DNA from: a virus
Length of the DNA stretch: 64,000 nt
Direction: 5' to 3' (one strand)
Virus record (IMG/VR): IMGVR_UViG_3300046168_000072
Span: 32,001-96,000 of that record
Shown: in pieces, positions 57,530 to 64,000 of the stretch
Numbering within the stretch: position 1 is the first letter of the stretch
How the letters are laid out: each line of letters begins with the position of its first letter
The notes under the pieces: model-generated
Database searches by the model: none
Told to the model about the DNA's origin: nothing
The model's input: only the letters and a program-made list of their open reading frames with translations
Position numbers and translations under genes: made by a program

Positions 57530-58417
57530 CTAATAACACTTCTCCTGAAAATTAATGTGAAAATTTGGTATACCTTTATATAGGCAAAACTCATTGAATC
57601 TGCTAAAGTTTTTAAATAAAAAATTTGTATACTGTAATAAGTAAAAATCCACTAATGCTTCTTTAGCTATGTTTATGCGTCCGTACTTTTCTTCCATTTT
57701 AATTTGTATCTCTGTGGACTGCTCGCCTTTTTCGTGGCCAGTACCACAACCTGGAGGAGCAAAGTATCTTTCAGTTACGATTGTATTTCCGTATTCTTTT
57801 TCGAACAAATCAACGAACTGCTTTGAATCTGTAGCAACAAAAAACTTATAATTATCGCAGGCTTTTAAAAATGCACGTGGTGAATCAAATAATACATGAT
57901 CTATTTTTTCTTTATAAATATCAAAGATAGTTTGAATTGCATTTCTTTTCCCCTGGAAACGATTTGAGTCTCCAGTTATTGGCGGCAAAACTTCTCCGTT
58001 TGATGTTCGGGCATGAACTCCAACTACATAATTTCCAGTAAAGTATTTTTCGCGCATGCTATCAATTTCAGCAGCAATACTTCTGTGAACATTTATGCGA
58101 TCAAATGTATCATAAAATTTTTTTGACTCTTCTTGCGATTTAAGTGGGTTTTTGATTACCAATCTAGAATCAGAATGTTGTTCGGCATCTTTTTTCAGCT
58201 GATCTATATATTCCTCATTGACAATGACTTCTGTGTCTGTATCAATGTGATGAAAATATTCAGCAAACAAGTTACTATCACCTTTGCTGGCCCAATGCCC
58301 GCGCATATCAATTAGTATGCCTTTATTATTCTGCTCGCAATACATTAAAGCATTTGTGAGATGCCATAAGGTATCGCCCCATCCAGTGTCACGAGAAAAA
58401 TAATAATAATTATTCAC
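57530..58417 (-). CDS. NodZ/GT23-like alpha-1,6-fucosyltransferase
   Basis: TG.GD.LW, IDMR, VGVHAR..NGE, FVATDS, EALVDFYLL. Confidence 0.72.
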   Translation of the reverse strand: MNNYYYFSRDTGWGDTLWHLTNALMYCEQNNKGILIDMRGHWASKGDSNLFAEYFHHIDTDTEVIVNEEYIDQLKKDAEQHSDSRLVIKNPLKSQEESKKFYDTFDRINVHRSIAAEIDSMREKYFTGNYVVGVHARTSNGEVLPPITGDSNRFQGKRNAIQTIFDIYKEKIDHVLFDSPRAFLKACDNYKFFVATDSKQFVDLFEKEYGNTIVTERYFAPPGCGTGHEKGEQSTEIQIKMEEKYGRINIAKEALVDFYLLQYTNFLFKNFSRFNEFCLYKGIPNFHINFQEKCY

Positions 58418-59220
58418 AATATAATCTTCTCATCTCCATATTTATCAAACATTTCTTGGTAGTTAGGTATCTTATTGTATGCTTTTTTACCAAACACTCT
58501 TCTGCCTGTATCCAGGAAGTTTTTAACATTATCGTAATCAACTTCTACATTAAGGTATGCAATCATATTATCAAACTGCGCAAGCCTTTGTTCGTAAGTT
58601 TCTAAACCATAAAGATCTTCATATTTAGAAACGTAAGCGTCAGGAGGAAGTAGCTCATGGTAGTGCGGTAAATATTTTTTATACCATTTGATTCTTCTTT
58701 GAATCGGCGGCTCTTCTAGATCTTGATAATCAAATGAGTCAACTTTTGCTTTATGTTCTTTTTGCTCACCTAACTGCCAAACTTGAACTTGATTTGCTAG
58801 CTGCCATGAAACTGCAGGATAAAATGCACTTTCTCTGTATTGATATATAATTTTTATACCATGTGCCGCGCAGTAATATATAAAGTTTTCATTACCAACT
58901 TCAGAGACTGTACACCAAACATGTTTAACGCCATCAAATACGAAAAATAAATCATCAAGAAATTCCCAAAGCTTTTCTCGATTTTCAGAAATGTTATTAA
59001 ATTTATTAAAGTATGGTATATGGTCTGACTTTGGAAGGTTGTCAGGGTTCATATCATGGTCTTCAATAATCTTAGCATATCTTGGGTTATGCTCAAGGTC
59101 ACCAGTGAGAGAGGATAATGGCTCATGAACAATGCGATCATTTTTATTAAGAGCGGCAATTAGACTCGTGGTTCCCGCTCTTTCTTGACCAAAAATTACA
59201 AATTTAGAATCCATAATCAA
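58414..59220 (-). CDS. Sulfotransferase (Stf0-like)
   Basis: GQERAGTTSL, HEP, G.K, R......VS, YEDL, KIPNY. Confidence 0.7.
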   Translation of the reverse strand: MIMDSKFVIFGQERAGTTSLIAALNKNDRIVHEPLSSLTGDLEHNPRYAKIIEDHDMNPDNLPKSDHIPYFNKFNNISENREKLWEFLDDLFFVFDGVKHVWCTVSEVGNENFIYYCAAHGIKIIYQYRESAFYPAVSWQLANQVQVWQLGEQKEHKAKVDSFDYQDLEEPPIQRRIKWYKKYLPHYHELLPPDAYVSKYEDLYGLETYEQRLAQFDNMIAYLNVEVDYDNVKNFLDTGRRVFGKKAYNKIPNYQEMFDKYGDEKIIL

Positions 59221-59890
59221 AATAAACTAAATCTTCTGCGAAATGTTTTTCTATATAATCTTTACTGTACGTTGAATAGTAGTCTTGATAGCTTGTTTTC
59301 TTTTTGTATTCTGCACTACTGTTTTTTCTCCAATCATCAAAGCCTTTGCGGCTTTTAAACTTAAGTGTTGTTTGAAGCTGGAACAAACATTCTTGCATGT
59401 CTTCCACTTTGAAAAATTTATCTATTTCAACTCTGCCTTGATAAGTGACTCTACTTAAATTGGTGTCGTAATATCCAGCATGAAATTCTTTAATAGCTTT
59501 TTCCTCATAAGCGTAATTGATGAAACCATCAAAATCATCATTGATATAATATTCATGAAACTTTTTAACATATGGCATTTTGGGCGAATCAATATTATTC
59601 TCTACAAAATAATCATATTTCCAGCCGCCAAGATATGAGAACATAGAAACAACACGATCAAAAGGATTGCGTACTATTGTAAATTTAAAATAATCTTTAT
59701 AATCAGGAACTTCCCAAAGTATTCCATTGATAGCTCTCTCGCATGTAGTTTTATATTTGCTATCATAATCTTGTTGGTTTTGATTATTTTCGTAATCAGA
59801 CTCTATATTCGATAAAAGATAGTGCTTGATAAATGTGCCCCCAGACTTTGGAATGTGTACGTAAATAAATTTATGATCGTGACTATACAT
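59204..59890 (-). CDS. Sulfotransferase family 2
   Basis: YVHIPKSGGT, VRNPFDRVVSMF, Y.DYY, F.ED..YF.Y.F. Confidence 0.88.
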   Translation of the reverse strand: MYSHDHKFIYVHIPKSGGTFIKHYLLSNIESDYENNQNQQDYDSKYKTTCERAINGILWEVPDYKDYFKFTIVRNPFDRVVSMFSYLGGWKYDYFVENNIDSPKMPYVKKFHEYYINDDFDGFINYAYEEKAIKEFHAGYYDTNLSRVTYQGRVEIDKFFKVEDMQECLFQLQTTLKFKSRKGFDDWRKNSSAEYKKKTSYQDYYSTYSKDYIEKHFAEDLVYFDYGF

Positions 59891-60734
59891 TGATCTTGTC
59901 CATGACTGCAGGATTATCTAAGTTATCAAGCAAGAACTGTTTTCCGTCTTCGCCGCAAAGATGGCACAGATAAAAGTCTTTATTATCTTCACCTTTTTGA
60001 AAGCAAGCTTGGTAATTCGCGTTCCATACCCATTGTAAAGGTTTATGATGATCTGTGACGTTTGTCTTGGCGTATGCATAGCCATACATATCTTGGTCAA
60101 TGAAGTCTTTACGCTCTCCAAGTATCTCTAGAACTGGATTATCAATCAAGCCATGCTCTTTTAAGAAATCAACAATCGTATTTTGATCTGGTAAAACTTC
60201 AACCATTTCAGATACAATTTTACGACTCATGATGTAACAACCAAGATTTAAATTATATTTTGGAATATTACGCTGAGTTTTTTCATTAAACCAGTAAACA
60301 TCTTCGTCTTCAGGAATAGCTTTAAGGTATTCTTTTAAAAATATTTCATTCTTTTTAACCACCGCCTCGTTAAAGCCATACTGCATCATAAACTCATCAT
60401 CTTTGTGATACTCAAAAATATCAGGCGCGGTTTTACTTACGACCATATCAAGATCAAGCAATGCAAATTTATCATAATCACTTTTTAAAAACTCATGCAA
60501 AAATAAAATTTTGACAAAAGTACTTTTTTGATAATGACTAAAGCTATACTGATGTATATCTTGATAACCAGGAAAATCTGCCATTGATATAATTTTTAAA
60601 TCACATCCAATTTTTTCTGCATATTTTTCAATAGAACCAAGGCAATGAGGCACCCATGCCATATCTTTGTATCCAGGATTTGCAAAGTCAGTATCCTTTG
60701 GCAAATCGTTGATTACATAAATTACATTACTCAT
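59883..60734 (-). CDS. DxD glycosyltransferase (GT8/GT34-like)
   Basis: YAEKIG.D, LDLDMVV....PDIF, N.G, DQ, WN, H..G..K. Confidence 0.65.
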   Translation of the reverse strand: MSNVIYVINDLPKDTDFANPGYKDMAWVPHCLGSIEKYAEKIGCDLKIISMADFPGYQDIHQYSFSHYQKSTFVKILFLHEFLKSDYDKFALLDLDMVVSKTAPDIFEYHKDDEFMMQYGFNEAVVKKNEIFLKEYLKAIPEDEDVYWFNEKTQRNIPKYNLNLGCYIMSRKIVSEMVEVLPDQNTIVDFLKEHGLIDNPVLEILGERKDFIDQDMYGYAYAKTNVTDHHKPLQWVWNANYQACFQKGEDNKDFYLCHLCGEDGKQFLLDNLDNPAVMDKINV

Positions 60735-61666
60735 AATCTAGTCACCTCCAAATTTTCATCAAGCAAGCCCCAGTTATCTGGATTAGGATTATCCAGTAGC
60801 TTATTTCTGACATCAAGAGAATTGGTTTTCCTGGCTCCCTCTTGTTGTGCATGTGGCTGCGTGGTATCATTCGCGGCTCCATCATCACGACCATGAAATT
60901 GATGATAAAAATCAGCATCAATAGCTAAGCATAAATTGTATATTTCTTCTTTTGCAGCTATACGATTTAAAAATTCTGTATCCATACTGTTCATATACAC
61001 AAGCTTTTCATTAAAGCCTTTATGTTCTATATAACATTCGCGTTCTACCATCATAACCCCAACAGCACCCCCATAAAAAGGGAAAACTTCTTTGTTTGGC
61101 ATCAGTCTGCTATAATGATTATGTTCATGGCAAACCTCGACCTTATGGGAAAGCTTTTGATCATAAATAAAATCACGAAAAACAGAATGATGAGATTGGT
61201 TTTCGTCTAAGTTTCGGCGGCTACAAAAAGAAGCTCTGGGCCATTTCCAACCATAATCTTTCACTTCGAATTCGTGATAAAACCAATCCATAAAACGCTG
61301 ACCTATTAATGTATCTTGATCGATACGCGCAAAATGCTTCCCTTGCATCTGGCGGAATCCTACATTCATAGCATGTACTTCTGAAAATGGCGAATCGCCT
61401 TGATGTTTGTCAGCAATATCAGGTGGAACTGTTACAATATTCAAAAGATTTTTAGTTTCTGGAACTAACCTACCAAGAATATCATCTTTCATTGGCTTGT
61501 TTCTTGAGCACCAATCAACCAGGATAACTTCAGACTGATCTTCGACATTATTTTTACGAATAATCTCGCAAGCATGATTTACAGTATTAATGCACCTTCC
61601 TACAGAATCACCGTTATAATTATCATTACGAGAACAAACTATATATGATATTTTTTTTTCGCTCAT
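60731..61666 (-). CDS. GT2-like glycosyltransferase
   Basis: SRNDNYNG, LVDW, NVG.R, IDQD, GFNE, H. Confidence 0.68.
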   Translation of the reverse strand: MSEKKISYIVCSRNDNYNGDSVGRCINTVNHACEIIRKNNVEDQSEVILVDWCSRNKPMKDDILGRLVPETKNLLNIVTVPPDIADKHQGDSPFSEVHAMNVGFRQMQGKHFARIDQDTLIGQRFMDWFYHEFEVKDYGWKWPRASFCSRRNLDENQSHHSVFRDFIYDQKLSHKVEVCHEHNHYSRLMPNKEVFPFYGGAVGVMMVERECYIEHKGFNEKLVYMNSMDTEFLNRIAAKEEIYNLCLAIDADFYHQFHGRDDGAANDTTQPHAQQEGARKTNSLDVRNKLLDNPNPDNWGLLDENLEVTRL

Positions 61667-62313
61667 GTTTCTGGAACTAATCGTTTACAATTAAACGCAA
61701 ATACTCTTTGTGGATTTGGAACAACTACTTGCTTGCCGCCAATCTGCTTTAGCATATTCATGTATGTAGAGCCTGGCGTCGAAATATGTTTATCTAAATG
61801 TTTTAAACAATGAAAATTAATACTTGGTCTATATTCTTCTTCTATATTAGTATTATATGTATTCGGAACAATGTAAAAAACTTTATTCATCCAGTTAAAT
61901 ACGTCATGTAACTTTAATAAAATGTCTTCTGAGTCTGTGACTACAAAGAAGTTTGCTTGTCTTGCGTTAATTTGCACTTTATTCATTTGAGCAATATAAA
62001 CATTTAGATTAGATACTTTTTCTGATTCTAATATAACGCCCCAAGTATGTTCTGTTATTCGTTTATTTACTCTTATAATTTCTTCGATAGCGGGCTCTGG
62101 CATGGAGCTTAAACTGTGAATTTGATTGTTGAATTTATAAGCTTCGTATTCCATTGTTAGGCTTGTGATTTTTTTTTGTTCTGTATAGTATAATTGAGAG
62201 TTTAAATAATTCAATTCATTATCTAAATAACGATGAAGATTATCAATTTTTTTTTGATAACCTCGTTTAATTTTACACAGATATTTCTTACTTTGTCCTA
62301 AAAAATCAATCAC
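61663..62313 (-). CDS. Hypothetical protein, possibly a degenerate fucosyltransferase-like fold
   Basis: WGV.., FFVVTDS and STY echo GT23/GT11 motifs but the HxR motif is absent. Confidence 0.45.
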   Translation of the reverse strand: MIDFLGQSKKYLCKIKRGYQKKIDNLHRYLDNELNYLNSQLYYTEQKKITSLTMEYEAYKFNNQIHSLSSMPEPAIEEIIRVNKRITEHTWGVILESEKVSNLNVYIAQMNKVQINARQANFFVVTDSEDILLKLHDVFNWMNKVFYIVPNTYNTNIEEEYRPSINFHCLKHLDKHISTPGSTYMNMLKQIGGKQVVVPNPQRVFAFNCKRLVPET

Positions 62314-62399
62314 GTAGGAGGAGCTGGTGGAGTTTTATGAATCAACAAAGCTAGCTTCTTTACTAAGAGTTTAGCACCTTTTTTTATTAAAAGAGACAT
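62310..62399 (-). CDS. Possible 29-aa cationic peptide
   Basis: MSLLIKKGAKLLVKKLALLIHKTPPAPPT; fills the gap, stop overlaps next GTG. Confidence 0.35.
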   Translation of the reverse strand: MSLLIKKGAKLLVKKLALLIHKTPPAPPT

Positions 62400-62440
62400 A
62401 GCTTACGGTAACCACAATGAAATCACATTAAAACGTAAGC

Positions 62441-62932
62441 TTATCCAGAACTAATCATTAATGCACCGTTACTGACCCAGACTCTACCTTTTGTGTTTGG
62501 GTTTGACTTTGGTAATGCGTCATAATTTAAAACTATATGAGCTCCACTTAGACAAGAAGATCCATTTACATGAAGGCTATAGAGGGGGTCATCAATATTG
62601 ACTCCAACTTTTCCACTATCAGTCACCACAAATGTTGTAATATTTCCAGTGCCAATAGTTGCTTCGTTTTCTAAAAAACCGCTATTTCCTGTAAGGGTTA
62701 AATATATTCCGCTTTGACCGCTAAACCGAGAATGACCAAGGGTTCCAACGGGCATCCAGTCATAAGTATTATCCTCGCCTGTTTTTTCATAAAATTGATT
62801 GTCAAGCGAATTTAGATAATTTGTGCCAACTATACCAGCCGCTTTAGAGCTTCCACTGGGATGACCTTCATCTGTTATAATTGGGCGTCTAATCCCAAGA
62901 TTGTTGTTTACGAAATCTTCAAAAGCGCCCAT
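62441..62932 (-). CDS. Short fibre/structural protein
   Basis: GKVGVN...P...LHVNG fibre motif; LP.S.P...G.VW...G.L.IS.G C-terminus. Confidence 0.6.
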   Translation of the reverse strand: MGAFEDFVNNNLGIRRPIITDEGHPSGSSKAAGIVGTNYLNSLDNQFYEKTGEDNTYDWMPVGTLGHSRFSGQSGIYLTLTGNSGFLENEATIGTGNITTFVVTDSGKVGVNIDDPLYSLHVNGSSCLSGAHIVLNYDALPKSNPNTKGRVWVSNGALMISSG

Positions 62933-62934
62933 AA

Positions 62935-63999
62935 TTAATCCTCCGATACAGCGAATTGAGCTGGGTTATTAACCGCAGTATTTGCTGCTCTATTTAATTT
63001 ATCTAAGTTAAAAATGTAATCTCCATTAGAATTTGTTACGCCTAATGAATCACAAATGGTAAATTTATTATCTAAATCATAAGTATTGTCTAGTTGGACA
63101 CCATCACTATACGATTGATAAGAGTATATAGTTCCTTCATTTGGGCCAGAACCACCTTCACTAATATTTTCCATATTGACATTATTTGGATCACCAACAG
63201 ACGTACCTATTTCAGCCAGGCCTGCGCCAAGACTAGTTGGTGAGGCCGTAATGGTTCTTGCGGAAAAACCTTCTAGTGTGTAATTTGGATTTGTAGATAT
63301 TGTTGTAGTAGTAATACCAGCTAAATTATCTCCACTAACTTGCCAATTAAAAGTGCCTTTAGTGTCTAAATCATCAACCGTAATTCGAAAAGAATTTGAA
63401 TTTGTATTTGTGCCTGCTGATGTCTGATTTAAGTCGGAAGCAACAGTTTGATTAGAGTCAGTATCTAATGTTGGATTATTCAGCATTAGCTGAGAAGAAA
63501 CTAAGTTAAAATTATCTGATATTCCTGCAGGAGAACTAGATAGAGGAGAAGCTAAACCATTAATTGAGAAAGTTAAAGCGTCGTTCGCAATATTAACTAC
63601 TGTAGAATCAGACGAAACAGCTCCATTGGAAGTTTTAGTTGCTGTGATCGTAAAGTTGTTAGTAGAAATATTATAACCACCGTTTATTCTATTGACTGTT
63701 TTACTGTTTTCGTAATCGTTTGGATCAGTAATACTGAGCTGACCATTAGAAGAATAAACTATCGTGTCAAAATTTGTTACAGTATTAGCAATGATGGATG
63801 ATTCAGATCCTTTCAGGGCTTGTTGACTTGCTGGATAAGCAATGGAAGAGATCGTAACTGATGGAGAGCTATTGTTTAAGGATACAGAATTATTAGAACT
63901 GAATTCATCGCCAAATATATTATAAAATGAATTGCTTGGTGTAGCTTTAATTCCTACAGTGCCATTTCTGCTAGCTTCATCTGTAACTGTAATAGGGAC
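62935..63999 (-). CDS. S/T/N-rich beta-sheet structural protein, 5'-truncated by the window edge
   Basis: The frame of ORF 62935-63486 stays open to the right end of the window. Confidence 0.65.
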   Translation of the reverse strand, partial: VPITVTDEASRNGTVGIKATPSNSFYNIFGDEFSSNNSVSLNNSSPSVTISSIAYPASQQALKGSESSIIANTVTNFDTIVYSSNGQLSITDPNDYENSKTVNRINGGYNISTNNFTITATKTSNGAVSSDSTVVNIANDALTFSINGLASPLSSSPAGISDNFNLVSSQLMLNNPTLDTDSNQTVASDLNQTSAGTNTNSNSFRITVDDLDTKGTFNWQVSGDNLAGITTTTISTNPNYTLEGFSARTITASPTSLGAGLAEIGTSVGDPNNVNMENISEGGSGPNEGTIYSYQSYSDGVQLDNTYDLDNKFTICDSLGVTNSNGDYIFNLDKLNRAANTAVNNPAQFAVSED

Positions 64000-64000
64000 A

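Noticed and set aside
387-61210. Numerous short overlapping ORFs in the track (mostly plus strand)
   Set aside because: They lie antisense or out of frame within well-supported genes and lack recognisable motifs.
1-64000. Bacterial chromosome or eukaryotic giant virus origin
   Set aside because: No ribosomal or core metabolic operons, and fibre and phage-typical peptides are present; DnaE, tmRNA and sigma70 promoters argue against an NCLDV. Capsid and terminase genes are not in the window, so phage identity remains inferred.

Overview
AT-rich, densely packed window, almost entirely on the minus strand, with frequent ATGA/TAATG gene overlaps and the standard genetic code. It is best read as part of a large (jumbo-type) tailed bacteriophage genome. 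A Tat-exported DUF1501 protein and a Chlamydia-type RNR beta subunit suggest a PVC host (Verrucomicrobia/Planctomycetes); this is inference. Left part (1-19.3 kb): dUTPase fragment, nucleases, a ClpC-type ATPase, a bacterial-like replisome (Pol III alpha split into separate PHP and catalytic genes, DnaQ-like exonuclease, DnaG, DnaB, RecA), GMP reductase, Nudix, and an APS-kinase/HIGH-nucleotidyltransferase fusion. Middle (19.3-37.3 kb): DUF1501 directly downstream of a complete tmRNA; a membrane protein whose Thr-rich tail lies in a shifted frame at an A9 run; two modular fibre proteins (688 and 2680 aa) that share DNA blocks; two mucin-like Thr/Pro repeat proteins; and a tyrosine-less class Ic-type NrdB. 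Right (37.3-62.3 kb): a ~25 kb, ~30-gene glycan island with glycosyltransferases, six sulfotransferases, two fucosyltransferase-like genes, pyruvyl- and methyltransferases and NDP-sugar enzymes. About ten frameshifts are confined to 39.9-49.5 kb and are probably sequencing errors. The most interesting hypothesis is a phage-encoded sulfated glycocalyx built on mucin-like virion proteins. All family calls come from motif recognition by eye; no database searches were run.
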